Below are positions 1 to 9,824 of a stretch of DNA of 64,000 nucleotides, piece by piece. A program made the position numbers and the translations under genes. The notes beneath the pieces are model-generated. The model was not told the origin of the DNA and ran no database searches. It saw only the letters and a program-made list of their open reading frames with translations. Position 1 is the stretch's first letter; each line of letters begins with the position of its first letter. Origin of the DNA: a virus (taxonomy: Duplodnaviria > Caudoviricetes); IMG/VR virus record IMGVR_UViG_3300011008_000028. The stretch is one strand, 5' to 3'.

Positions 1-1
1 G

Positions 2-1789
2 TGTGTATGGCTTCAGGGTAGATTCGTTAGTATCTATACAGGATCATCTGCAGTTGCATCAGGCTCTACTGGAAGTTCCGGACTTATATGGAAACCAGTA
101 GTACGGGAGATAGATGGTGTTCGTTATCTGTCGTTCGTACTTAGTGCAGAGACAGAGGCTCCAGATCTGATCGATATCTCTGGTACTCCTGGTTATACAC
201 CTATCAAAGGTGTGGATTATTTCGATGGAGCATCTGGACTAGGAGTTCCTTCTGGTGGTGCTGTAAATGATATCATGATCAAATCCACCAGCAAAGATTA
301 TGATGTGGAATGGATATCGTTTGAGAATTTCATCACACAGTATGTCGCCAATGGTGGTACACTCCCGGCAGCGAATGCAAGATGGGATTCCATAACCGGA
401 AGACCGATGGTTTACCAAGCCACGGGTCATGATAACACTGCGCTGATGTCTCAGGATGCTATTACCAATGAAATTGAATCGATAACAGCTAGAATCAATC
501 AGATCATTAGTACTATCAATTCATCATCTGGTATTGCCGGTCTTACAGAAATCATCAACAACCATATTCTGAATCATAACAATCCACATGACATTACAGC
601 TGTTGCAATAGGAGCAGTGTCCACTGATGAATTCATGAATCATAGCTTGAATAAGAATAACCCGCATAATGTTACAGCGGCACAGATCGGTTTAGGGAAC
701 GTTGATAATACTCGTGATATCGATAAGCCTATATCGACACAGGTACAGGATGCCCTGACTAACATCAGGTCGGATATATCCAACATCAATGATGCTCTCA
801 ATGGTGATCAGGTACTATCGAATGTACGGTGGAATTCTTCGAACTGTACACTGACGTTTATGTTCAGGGATGAAAGCGAAATGGATGTTGAGATTCCGTT
901 GATCGATATATTCAGGACATTTGAGTATGATGAAGTCAATAGTGAACTTCTGGTAGTTCTTCCGGATGGTTCTGAACATAGAATCAGTATCAGATCCTTA
1001 ATCACCAACTACAGAGGATCTGATTCTTCGAATATCAGACTCACTGTATCCAAAGGTATTATCCATGCAGAGATTCTGCCTAACTCAGTTGATGGATCGA
1101 TGATCCAGGAGTCGGTTGAACTCAGAGGAGCCCCGACTGCACCAACACAGTCTATTTATGATAAGAGCAACAAGCTTGCTACTACAAAGTGGGTGAAGGA
1201 TGCAACTGTAGACAATCTTGAATCTACGGAACAACAGCTTCCACTGAGCGCGAATATGGGCAGGATTCTGAATACTACCAAAGCATCCAGAGCAGATGTC
1301 CTACAGATGATTGCCGATTCTCCGATGCTGAATGTAATTGACAATCTTGGTGCAGAAGATTCTTATGCAGCTCTCAGTGCGAACATGGGCTTCGTATTGA
1401 ATGCGACGAAAGCGCCGTGGGTACATACGTCACCTTCTGGATCTACTTATGGCCGAGCAACAGTGAATCTGTTTGGTCATGCCAGAGCGTCTGACGTTGA
1501 TCCACTGATGGATGGAAACGTATTCATCGGTACGGACAACGGTTACTATGCAAGAGCAGACCACAGACACCCGTCTGATATCAATAAGGCTCCTGTACAT
1601 TGGCCCGATCCTGAAACAGGAATTGCATCGTTTACAGGTGAACCTAAGTCTACACTCCCGCCAGATGGAGACGAATCGGATAGAATTGCGACTACACTAT
1701 GGGTAGCACGGAATCCTTGCGTTACACCGTTAACATCAGACGAGATCAGGACGGTTGTATACACAGCCTGGGACGTTGCTAATAGATAA
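2..1789 (+). CDS. Tail fibre / virion structural protein (5'-truncated by the window edge)
   Basis: Frame is open from base 2 (..GYTPIKGVDYFDG..). Contains HxxNxNNPHxVT repeats, GLGNVDNTRDIDKPIS, repeated LSANMG and ARADHRHP motifs typical of phage fibre/structural proteins. Confidence 0.7.
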   Translation, partial: CVWLQGRFVSIYTGSSAVASGSTGSSGLIWKPVVREIDGVRYLSFVLSAETEAPDLIDISGTPGYTPIKGVDYFDGASGLGVPSGGAVNDIMIKSTSKDYDVEWISFENFITQYVANGGTLPAANARWDSITGRPMVYQATGHDNTALMSQDAITNEIESITARINQIISTINSSSGIAGLTEIINNHILNHNNPHDITAVAIGAVSTDEFMNHSLNKNNPHNVTAAQIGLGNVDNTRDIDKPISTQVQDALTNIRSDISNINDALNGDQVLSNVRWNSSNCTLTFMFRDESEMDVEIPLIDIFRTFEYDEVNSELLVVLPDGSEHRISIRSLITNYRGSDSSNIRLTVSKGIIHAEILPNSVDGSMIQESVELRGAPTAPTQSIYDKSNKLATTKWVKDATVDNLESTEQQLPLSANMGRILNTTKASRADVLQMIADSPMLNVIDNLGAEDSYAALSANMGFVLNATKAPWVHTSPSGSTYGRATVNLFGHARASDVDPLMDGNVFIGTDNGYYARADHRHPSDINKAPVHWPDPETGIASFTGEPKSTLPPDGDESDRIATTLWVARNPCVTPLTSDEIRTVVYTAWDVANR

Positions 1790-1804
1790 GGAGGGAAATG
1801 AAGT

Positions 1805-2317
1805 ATGAAGATGGAACTGGTTAGTTCATATGCAAAGATGATCAATGATGGTCTTTGTGTAATATCAGATCTACCGGAAATGTATAGGCAACCCGTCCAG
1901 GATTATATCGATAACCCTCCGGAGACTACAGTCAACAATGAAATCCATACTCCAGTTACAGCTCAAGAAGAAATCAATGGAGCTCTGTTTCTGGGAAATG
2001 GGGAATATAAAGTTCCCGTATCCGATACTACATATTGTGAAATCAAAATGGATGAGGTATTCCAAGAATATTCATCTCAAGGATACCCAATTCCGATCAA
2101 CCCAATATTCGGCATTACGATGGTCGAGAATACATTTGGCAAGTTCACAAGAACTCCGGTAGTCAATATAGCAAATAACCAATCAGGATGTGTATTGGCG
2201 GTAAAAGGAGAAATAACAAATGTGGTATCAGGGGATAAAGTTCTCAGGGTCGATCTCGGTATATCATCGGGTAACTATGAAGCGATGAGGTACACGGTAT
2301 ATATCAAAGCAAAATAA
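1805..2317 (+). CDS. Hypothetical protein, possibly fibre-associated
   Basis: 170-aa ORF with GGAGG RBS directly after the fibre gene. Confidence 0.6.
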   Translation: MKMELVSSYAKMINDGLCVISDLPEMYRQPVQDYIDNPPETTVNNEIHTPVTAQEEINGALFLGNGEYKVPVSDTTYCEIKMDEVFQEYSSQGYPIPINPIFGITMVENTFGKFTRTPVVNIANNQSGCVLAVKGEITNVVSGDKVLRVDLGISSGNYEAMRYTVYIKAK

Positions 2318-2324
2318 TATTGTA

Positions 2325-2355
2325 AACACAACGCCCTCAATGAGGGCGTTGTGTT
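2325..2355. terminator. 14-bp stem / 3-nt loop hairpin
   Basis: AACACAACGCCCTC-AAT-GAGGGCGTTGTGTT just after the stop at 2317. Confidence 0.75.
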
Positions 2356-2424
2356 ATCTACCAAAAATAAAGTATACCATATAAAGCCGGGCGCCAGGGA
2401 TGGACGGGGCAGGATGTGGAATAG

Positions 2425-2527
2425 GGGCGCTATTCGGTGGTCACTCGGATCACGGTGCTAATGATGGTGCGTTCCGTTGCGACCTGGATAGTACTGTGTC
2501 TCATTCCTACTGGCATATTGGCGCCCG
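2425..2527 (+). repeat. DGR variable-repeat-like cassette, copy 1 (inside short ORF 2400-2636)
   Basis: Reads ALFGGHSDHGANDGAFRCDLDSTVSHSYWHIGARL, a CLec-fold VR signature. Gap-free 89/103 match to 50200-50302. Confidence 0.85.
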
Positions 2528-2605
2528 CCTCTCCCTGAAACCGACCGCGGAAGGGAGAATGGGTGTCATGTTTATGGAGAGGACAAACGTAGAAGTGTAT
2601 CAAAG

Positions 2606-4462
2606 TTATACATATGCTTCGATCTCATCCTGGTGACTGGAATTGATATCGGCATCCATGAATATGCACTGATTACCAGATATCAGGATTTTGATCAGCT
2701 CTGTTGCTGCAGTAAGTACCATGGTATCTGTCTGGGAAGATGTTATTATTTTAGGATTATAATCACCTATTTCCAGATCAAATACTTCCTGTCTTTTTAC
2801 AGAGTCGTTCAGAATTTGATTTGTTTTCTGGTTGGCCATCTGTTTGAGTTCCGGTATACCGCCTTCATTGATTTTATTCCATAGTGGAATGGTCTTAAGT
2901 ATACCGGTATTATCCGGACCCCGGAGTACTCTGGCGTATGTGTCAAGAACTGCGCCGTATATCATATCGATGATCACATACTCAAGCTTACTGTCATCAT
3001 CTTTCAGATTTTCAAATTCCCCAAGGTCATCAATATACTCATTACATGCCTGGGCAATGGCCAGCTGGCATCCAGGTACAACACCGTACTTTACAGCCGA
3101 CTTAAGACATTTAATTACGTCATCTACGGCGGCTTCCAGTATCTGTTTCTGGAGATCCGAATCGGCACCGATGTAATACAGATAGTTCTTCATTTCTAAC
3201 TGCATTACACGGGTTCTGGCATCGTATACCTTTGCAGCCATGTTCTGTCTTTCAACATAGGTATGATCTTCGGCATCTTTGAGTTCTGCCAATGCACGCT
3301 GATATGCATTTTTATACAGATCATCTTCAAAGATATCCTTATTGGGATTGAAGATGGAACCGTTCTTCACCGATATGAGGACGGAATCACATTGGCCTAT
3401 TGCTCTCCAGAATTCATTGGTCGGGTCATCAATGGTCTCAACAAACATTTCTGGACCGACTTCTTCGATCTTCGCAATAATTGACTTCGAAAGTTCCGGT
3501 GTGATTACGCGGGTCTTCAGTATCGTTGCCAGATCATCAAGCTGGGAAGGAAGAAGCTTGGAAAGTCTGAACTGTGTGAGGACAAGATTCAGTCTACGGT
3601 ACTTCTGTGTCTCCAGGTTTATATACTGCTTCAGTACAGACTCCATGAAATATTCATCATATGCCGGGGCAAGTATTATCAGCTTTTTGCCCATATCGCG
3701 GAATATTTCATTCATTGGTCTGATGAAAGCGTTGAACTCATCTGTTGTGATTGAGTGGTTGCTGACAATGACCTTTACATCTGTCTCTGTAGAAGAGAGA
3801 TCCTGGTCACGGACATAAACCACATCAATTGCGTTTGCCGGGAATTCGAAGCCATTGATCTGCTCCAGATACGACTTATTTGTCAAGGAGTCTTTGATCT
3901 TGATTGCCGGACTCTTCGCTTCCTGATATGCCTTCGCTATCGAGTCTGATACTTCTTTGTTACCGTTGGATACCACATACGCAATACTATAGATAGTATC
4001 ATAATCTGAGGGATCGATCTGCTGTGCCTTTGCTTCAATTCTGGACTTAATGTTTGCTACTACCTTGTCCAAAGTTGCCGTGAGCTGTCTCGGAAGTCTA
4101 TACAGCATCGCAATATTTTCTTTATACTTCTCATACCTGCTAAACAGGTTGTGAGTAAGTGTGATCGCCGTGGTTGTACCGTCACCAACGGTATTGTTCA
4201 TCTTGGTACAAGGCTGCTTTATGAGGTTATATATCATTCTCTTGTAACGATTATGGAATATATATTTTGAGAGTATGGAATAGCCATCTTTAGTGGCTTC
4301 AATATTCATACCATCAAGAATGGTTGCAGAAGAACCAAGAGGACCAAGTGACTTAGACAGGTTGGTCGCAATGACGTTGAATACCTCCTGAGTTAACTTC
4401 TCGAAATCTTCCTGAGGTATAATATTAATATGATTTTCATTTGAGTACTTGAGTGCATTCAT
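2606..4462 (-). CDS. groEL: Phage GroEL-like chaperonin
   Basis: SLGPLG, TKDG, GDGTTT and GVVPG chaperonin motifs; 618 aa. Confidence 0.9.
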   Translation of the reverse strand: MNALKYSNENHINIIPQEDFEKLTQEVFNVIATNLSKSLGPLGSSATILDGMNIEATKDGYSILSKYIFHNRYKRMIYNLIKQPCTKMNNTVGDGTTTAITLTHNLFSRYEKYKENIAMLYRLPRQLTATLDKVVANIKSRIEAKAQQIDPSDYDTIYSIAYVVSNGNKEVSDSIAKAYQEAKSPAIKIKDSLTNKSYLEQINGFEFPANAIDVVYVRDQDLSSTETDVKVIVSNHSITTDEFNAFIRPMNEIFRDMGKKLIILAPAYDEYFMESVLKQYINLETQKYRRLNLVLTQFRLSKLLPSQLDDLATILKTRVITPELSKSIIAKIEEVGPEMFVETIDDPTNEFWRAIGQCDSVLISVKNGSIFNPNKDIFEDDLYKNAYQRALAELKDAEDHTYVERQNMAAKVYDARTRVMQLEMKNYLYYIGADSDLQKQILEAAVDDVIKCLKSAVKYGVVPGCQLAIAQACNEYIDDLGEFENLKDDDSKLEYVIIDMIYGAVLDTYARVLRGPDNTGILKTIPLWNKINEGGIPELKQMANQKTNQILNDSVKRQEVFDLEIGDYNPKIITSSQTDTMVLTAATELIKILISGNQCIFMDADINSSHQDEIEAYV

Positions 4463-4563
4463 AAAGTTACTCTCCTTTCAATTGAGCAATTATAATACAA
4501 TGTAACGTTTAAGTATTATATTACCAGATAACCGTCAATCATAAACAACCGAGGAGGTGTAGT

Positions 4564-5229
4564 ATGAGTAAGAAACAGGTTGAATTAGAAAACAAAGAAT
4601 ACGAATCAACATACCGAGATGTCCCACGGGACACAATGGGACGGATTCAATACATATTAGGACGGCATGTAAATAATGAACGGATGAATGATGACATTCA
4701 AAAGTCGGCAGTGTCCATCAAACGTATTAAACGTCATAAAGTATCATTCGTGATGTATAAGGTATTAAAACCATCTGCCCGCCCCAGAGCAAATACTTCC
4801 ATGGGATACGTGAAGATGTATGTACCCCATGCAGCAGAGAACGGGGAATGGTTTGAGGATTTCATGCGGAAGAATGATCTCCCTCATATAGCAACCCCAT
4901 GTCGTATAGACATCATTGTATATGAAAAATGTCCTTCGAACTTCAGTATCAAAAATAAGATACTAAGCGAACTTGGGTTATTGAAGCCATGGTTCCGCAC
5001 AGGGGATGTGGATAATTATGCAAAATCCGTATTGGATATGATCCAACATGGAATGTTGGAAGACGACTGTCTGTGTGTTGACTCGGAGCAACATTTACGG
5101 TATTCCATATTACCACGGGTAGAAGTTCAGATCGAATACATGGATAGATACCCATTCGAATTAATGCCTAAGGAACTCCGGGCTCAGAATGTAAAGAAGG
5201 TAACTAAAAAGAAGAAACGAAAGAAGTGA
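4564..5229 (+). CDS. RusA-like Holliday junction resolvase
   Basis: PSARPR and GDVDNYAKSVLDMIQHGMLEDD (DxDN..K...D.....DD) motifs. Confidence 0.8.
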   Translation: MSKKQVELENKEYESTYRDVPRDTMGRIQYILGRHVNNERMNDDIQKSAVSIKRIKRHKVSFVMYKVLKPSARPRANTSMGYVKMYVPHAAENGEWFEDFMRKNDLPHIATPCRIDIIVYEKCPSNFSIKNKILSELGLLKPWFRTGDVDNYAKSVLDMIQHGMLEDDCLCVDSEQHLRYSILPRVEVQIEYMDRYPFELMPKELRAQNVKKVTKKKKRKK

Positions 5230-5235
5230 TCAGAT

Positions 5236-5865
5236 ATGATGGGTAAGGACATCGAAAGGATGTTATCGGAAGTAGATGCCGTTAAGAAGGTAACGCTTGA
5301 TTGCATTAATGACTTTGCTGGGAGAACGGCATATCAGTTAACACATTATGGTCCACATGATGTCGTGCTGATACCATGGAGCCCACCCTGTTACCCAATC
5401 GAACTGGAATATCCAGTAGGACCAATAATGCCTCCGATTGATGCAGCCATGGTACCACTATTGATTGACATGGGTAAGATGGATACCTTGAAAGGACTGG
5501 TGTATGCTGGGGCAGGTTCGTTAAATAACTCTATTTCTTCTCCATGGACGGAATTGGAAGATCTGAAGAAGGCATGGACCAATGCGGACATATATCATGG
5601 ATCGTATGTCCCATTCAACTATCTAGGAGAGAAGACAGGCATGCTTGCACATCTGAATGCAGTATATACAGCATGCGTCGACTGTAAGGCTCCGCTGATG
5701 GTATATTACCATACTATTCAACAGGGATGGGATCATAACATGAACGGCAATAGTCCTTCCATCTCATGGAACGATGATCTGAATGGTCGGAAAACAATCG
5801 GCCTCGGGTCTCAGTCTTATAGTGGAGCAGTAGCTGTCCCTGGCAAATCAAATGATCCATACTAA
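5236..5865 (+). CDS. Hypothetical protein
   Basis: 209-aa ORF tightly packed in the operon. Confidence 0.6.
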   Translation: MMGKDIERMLSEVDAVKKVTLDCINDFAGRTAYQLTHYGPHDVVLIPWSPPCYPIELEYPVGPIMPPIDAAMVPLLIDMGKMDTLKGLVYAGAGSLNNSISSPWTELEDLKKAWTNADIYHGSYVPFNYLGEKTGMLAHLNAVYTACVDCKAPLMVYYHTIQQGWDHNMNGNSPSISWNDDLNGRKTIGLGSQSYSGAVAVPGKSNDPY

Positions 5866-5874
5866 GGAGGAACT

Positions 5875-6108
5875 ATGGAAGAATTCATAATCGCTAACTG
5901 GTTGCCATTGTTAATAATCATTGTATCGGCATTCAACGATGTGAGATACAGCGTGTTCTTCGCACTGGGTTGTATGATATTTGGCACAGATAATCTGGTA
6001 TGGTTATGGGTTAATCTGATCATAGTTGGATTATCAACGGGGACGAATACATACCAACATATCCGCAAAAAAGAAAAGCCAAAGGATACAAGTAACTGGG
6101 AAATGTAA
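5875..6108 (+). CDS. Small membrane protein
   Basis: AGGAGG RBS; hydrophobic segments and a basic C-terminus. Confidence 0.6.
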   Translation: MEEFIIANWLPLLIIIVSAFNDVRYSVFFALGCMIFGTDNLVWLWVNLIIVGLSTGTNTYQHIRKKEKPKDTSNWEM

Positions 6109-6114
6109 ATATGA

Positions 6115-6141
6115 TCATCACCACCCAATGGGTGGTGATGA
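6115..6141. terminator. Bidirectional hairpin between convergent genes
   Basis: TCATCACCACCC-AAT-GGGTGGTGATGA. Confidence 0.75.
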
Positions 6142-6149
6142 CATTGCTA

Positions 6150-7319
6150 TTATATTTCCAATGGAGAGTTGATGTACTTTTCTATGACTTCAGATGTTAG
6201 ATTCTGAACTTCTTCGGGAATAGTTCCTTCATCATTCCACCTACGTGTATTCAGGAAGGAATGGATCTTATCAGGGATAGACATATTGTTATCCAAAACG
6301 AAACTGAATTCATCGGACACCGAGTTATCCTCTTCGATAACGGTATGTTCAACTTCTTTGACCAGAGGTGTGATAAGATTGTCAGAAGTTGTAACAGTCT
6401 TGAGGGCTTCAAAGAATGCTTGATCGGTTCCTTCCGGGGCATGGAATACAACACGGATCTTACCAACTGTATCACCGCTGAAGATTCCCTCGTTCTGTTC
6501 TTTGATCTCGTTGATCGTTTTCATGAGTTTATCAGGGGACGAGAACACGTCTGAAGTTTCATCAAATTCATATGTCTTATATATGTAGGCATTTTCATTT
6601 GGAATGAACTTCCATTCCCCATCTTCTATTACGGCATATCCTTTGGCTTCTTCCTCACCAAATGATTTCCTAAACAGGGATCCGACATAATGCACGTTCC
6701 CGTCCAAATCGACATGCCTATGGTAGTGTCCCCAGACATTTAATTTACCTGCCTCCGCAAGTTCTCCTGCTTTGAATCGTGGAACCTGCTTCTCCATCTT
6801 GTCTGATGCAGATTTTACTTTTGCTCCGATCCCCATTCCTTCTTCAATTATACCATGGCCGAATATGTAATCATACTTCTTTCCAGAGTACAGAGTATTC
6901 TTGTAGAACTCATACTTGTCATCGATATACTCCTCAGGTATGTATAGTACATTCACACCTGGGAATAACTCTTCTTCTGCTACTGTTGTAAACAGCTTGA
7001 CATCTACATGAGATGATGTGAAATGATAATTGAATAGCCGATACTGATTCATCTCATGTGATTCTGTTCCATATATAATACGTATTTTGGTCTTCTGTCG
7101 TTTACATGCCCTGATTAGAGCAGACATTACATTGATAGCCAACGACACATATTCTTCATTTACTTTGAATAATCTATCAAAGTAATCTCCCAGTAATATC
7201 ACAGCATCGGTATGAGTCATAATAATTTCATCACTGATGATCTTATTCATATTCCGATAATAATAATCTGTATCTTTGATACTTCCTATATGTAAATCTG
7301 CAAGTAATAATAATCTCAT
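6150..7319 (-). CDS. SbcD/Mre11-like metallophosphoesterase nuclease
   Basis: ADLHIG, LGDYFD, GTESHE, GHG and GHYH metallophosphoesterase motifs, plus YVGS..R.SFGE. Confidence 0.85.
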   Translation of the reverse strand: MRLLLLADLHIGSIKDTDYYYRNMNKIISDEIIMTHTDAVILLGDYFDRLFKVNEEYVSLAINVMSALIRACKRQKTKIRIIYGTESHEMNQYRLFNYHFTSSHVDVKLFTTVAEEELFPGVNVLYIPEEYIDDKYEFYKNTLYSGKKYDYIFGHGIIEEGMGIGAKVKSASDKMEKQVPRFKAGELAEAGKLNVWGHYHRHVDLDGNVHYVGSLFRKSFGEEEAKGYAVIEDGEWKFIPNENAYIYKTYEFDETSDVFSSPDKLMKTINEIKEQNEGIFSGDTVGKIRVVFHAPEGTDQAFFEALKTVTTSDNLITPLVKEVEHTVIEEDNSVSDEFSFVLDNNMSIPDKIHSFLNTRRWNDEGTIPEEVQNLTSEVIEKYINSPLEI

Positions 7320-7357
7320 TGCCTTCTACCTCCAAGGTAAAATTTCATCTTTACAAA

Positions 7358-7373
7358 CGATAATATATTATCG
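7358..7373. promoter_or_regulatory. Palindromic, probably bidirectional phage early promoter (TATATTAT on both strands)
   Basis: CGATAATATATTATCG is a perfect palindrome between divergent genes. Confidence 0.55.
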
Positions 7374-7417
7374 AGTTATGACATAAGTCAAATTCAACAA
7401 TGAAAGGAATATGAGAA

Positions 7418-8251
7418 ATGATTCATGAAAAATATCCTGAGTATAAAGCCAGACTTAAAAGAACGGCAACACCAACCATGCCCAGAGACGGTAATGTTTT
7501 CATACTTGCCAAAGCATGGGTATGCATTGGCTGGAGAGATTATGATCATGAGATATTCGATCGAATCCCCGTAGAGTCTAATATCAACGTTCATATCGTT
7601 ATGACGGGCAAAGAGTGCCTGGTAGGAGATATGCTTGATGTAATTGAGAAGATCCTCGAGGATGCCAAGTTCACCAAGATCACAATTCATACACCATATG
7701 AATTACATGACATATGGAATTTCCTCAATAACAAAAATGAGATCACATTGATGAGATGGACAAAACTCATCGGTGATAAGAATTCTGGGGTAAGACCTGA
7801 ACTGAAGAGGATCTCATTCGAATATAACAGAGGAGATCTAGTATTCGGAACAACCAAGCACCCTCCCAAACATAAGACACACAGCCTTGATCTGCGTAAG
7901 GTAAACTATAAGCTCCGAGTTCATTATGAAGGTGGGAAGATCAGTTGCACAACTCTTCTGTATGAGGACAAAACAAATATTCCAACATCTTCGAAGGGGG
8001 CAATCCAGACACGGGCACAGCAGATCGATCCTGAAGCTCACAAGGAAGAGATCATTGCCAACTTCAAATCTGTGACCCGTTTAGGGATTCTGAAAACATT
8101 CCGTGATGAGAATGACATTTGGAATTACATCATGAAGCAGGGACCGTGGGCAAACAAGGAAAAGTCTGACACAGAAAAGAAGTCAATGTCAAACATGATC
8201 AATGAAAAGGCAATGGCTGATCTCAAATTTCGCATGAGCAATAAGAAATGA
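7418..8251 (+). CDS. Hypothetical protein
   Basis: 277-aa ORF with AAGGA RBS. Confidence 0.65.
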   Translation: MIHEKYPEYKARLKRTATPTMPRDGNVFILAKAWVCIGWRDYDHEIFDRIPVESNINVHIVMTGKECLVGDMLDVIEKILEDAKFTKITIHTPYELHDIWNFLNNKNEITLMRWTKLIGDKNSGVRPELKRISFEYNRGDLVFGTTKHPPKHKTHSLDLRKVNYKLRVHYEGGKISCTTLLYEDKTNIPTSSKGAIQTRAQQIDPEAHKEEIIANFKSVTRLGILKTFRDENDIWNYIMKQGPWANKEKSDTEKKSMSNMINEKAMADLKFRMSNKK

Positions 8252-8256
8252 TCATC

Positions 8257-8286
8257 AATTCCCACCGGGAATTCCCGGTGGGAATT
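8257..8286. terminator. Perfect 30-bp palindrome / terminator
   Basis: AATTCCCACCGGGAATTCCCGGTGGGAATT. Confidence 0.7.
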
Positions 8287-8345
8287 TAATGTGTCTCACA
8301 GATAAACTATGTTTCATAACATTTTGAAAAATATTAACGGAAAGG

Positions 8346-8537
8346 ATGATGTATATGAATTTCTTAAACACAGATTGGTTTGGAATCGACTCAGGCGGCA
8401 CGTCTCCGCCTGAAGATGGTCCTTATTATCCCGATGTCAGAATAAAGTATTCCGGTTGGGATACGGATGAAGACGATGACGACGCAGACGTCGCTAAATT
8501 GTATGATGAAGAAGGTGATCTAACGTGGCAAAGATGA
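8346..8537 (+). CDS. Small acidic hypothetical protein
   Basis: ORF with RBS; overlaps the next gene. Confidence 0.5.
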   Translation: MMYMNFLNTDWFGIDSGGTSPPEDGPYYPDVRIKYSGWDTDEDDDDADVAKLYDEEGDLTWQR

Positions 8538-9064
8538 TAGACTTGCATAATCAAGCAAAGTTTATGATCGACGAATGTATGCAATCGCTTATAAAATGGA
8601 TTAAAGATAACTTTATCACCATTGAGCAGCATGAGCAGGATCTGGCAAACTTGCGGGCAGAATTAATGGGTGTTCCGAAACTTTCCAAGACTATCTCTCA
8701 GGGCATAGACGCAGGGCGAATCATAACAGAGAATGACGACAACGATCGGGTTTACAGGCATTACTGTATCATCGATGGCAAGAAGGAGTTAATCGAAGAA
8801 ATCCCATACGATCAGTATCTGAAAGATTCCAACAACCCCGAACTTGGTCGAGGTGGCTATAGTAATGTAGCTGCGTTGAACATGATGAGATCTATACATG
8901 ATACAATGGATAAAGCCAGACCAATTCCTGACGGTTACGCTGACGAACAATTCAAGTACACGGAGGCTGCTCAGAAACAAGGTGCAACAGCATGGGCGGA
9001 AATCAACCAATCCATTGCAAGTCAATGGAATGACATGATAGGAGGTAACCATGGGAACGATTAG
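8525..9064 (+). CDS. Hypothetical protein
   Basis: 179-aa ORF in the operon. Confidence 0.6.
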   Translation: MAKMIDLHNQAKFMIDECMQSLIKWIKDNFITIEQHEQDLANLRAELMGVPKLSKTISQGIDAGRIITENDDNDRVYRHYCIIDGKKELIEEIPYDQYLKDSNNPELGRGGYSNVAALNMMRSIHDTMDKARPIPDGYADEQFKYTEAAQKQGATAWAEINQSIASQWNDMIGGNHGND

Positions 9065-9296
9065 TACCGAAAAGGTAGGAGGCATAACACGTACACTTGC
9101 AGAAGTCAACGCGGAGGCAATACAGGAACTGCAGAAGATGGTTCAGACTCTTTCCAATCAGATCTCATCATTACAGGATGAGAATGACCGTCTTAAGAAG
9201 CAGATCAGATCTCTGCAGGAGCAGATCAGATCTCTGCAGGAGCAGATTGATGATCATGATATGCAGATAGCTGGTGTTAGAGCGTGTTGTATGTAG
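9051..9296 (+). CDS. Coiled-coil protein
   Basis: Heptad repeats; GGAGG RBS. Confidence 0.65.
   Translation: MGTISTEKVGGITRTLAEVNAEAIQELQKMVQTLSNQISSLQDENDRLKKQIRSLQEQIRSLQEQIDDHDMQIAGVRACCM
9199..9247 (+). repeat. 21-bp tandem repeat (about 2.3 copies), one heptad QIRSLQE
   Basis: AGCAGATCAGATCTCTGCAGG x2 followed by AGCAGAT. Confidence 0.9.
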
Positions 9297-9306
9297 AGGT
9301 GATGAC

Positions 9307-9723
9307 ATGAGTATCAATCGACACTTTTATGACTATGAATACATAGATCATGGTCTTGCTGATAACATCGCAGATGTAATGAGATGGCATACACCATCAG
9401 TTCGGGAGATGCTAAAACAGTGGATAGATGCCGTTGGTATAACATCAGATCCTATTGAACTGTATCCGCCAGTCAATGATCTACGTACATCAGCCGAAAT
9501 TCTGTCAGATCCTGAAACGGAATTCACTGAATTACCATTATCCGGAGGACATATCACATCAGCCGATGGGAAAGACCGTATCATCGAGAAAGCGTATACA
9601 ACAGGTAACAATGACCTGATTGTGAAGTTTGATGATGGTAAATACTGCCACTATACCGGACTAATACCTACTTCATTTATCAGTAGATCAGAAGAGGAGG
9701 AAACAAACAATGATACCATATAA
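9307..9723 (+). CDS. Hypothetical protein
   Basis: ATG at 9307 follows a GAGGTG RBS. Confidence 0.6.
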   Translation: MSINRHFYDYEYIDHGLADNIADVMRWHTPSVREMLKQWIDAVGITSDPIELYPPVNDLRTSAEILSDPETEFTELPLSGGHITSADGKDRIIEKAYTTGNNDLIVKFDDGKYCHYTGLIPTSFISRSEEEETNNDTI

Positions 9724-9824
9724 ACCACATGACCCAGAGCAAATCAGTAGGGCATCTATTGCCATGGAACGGATGATGCAATGGATCCAATTAATATCAA
9801 AAGAAAGGAGACTATTCGAAGCAT

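Noticed and set aside
5875-6108. Holin call
   Set aside because: Hydrophobic and small, but 24 kb from the endolysin with no specific signature.
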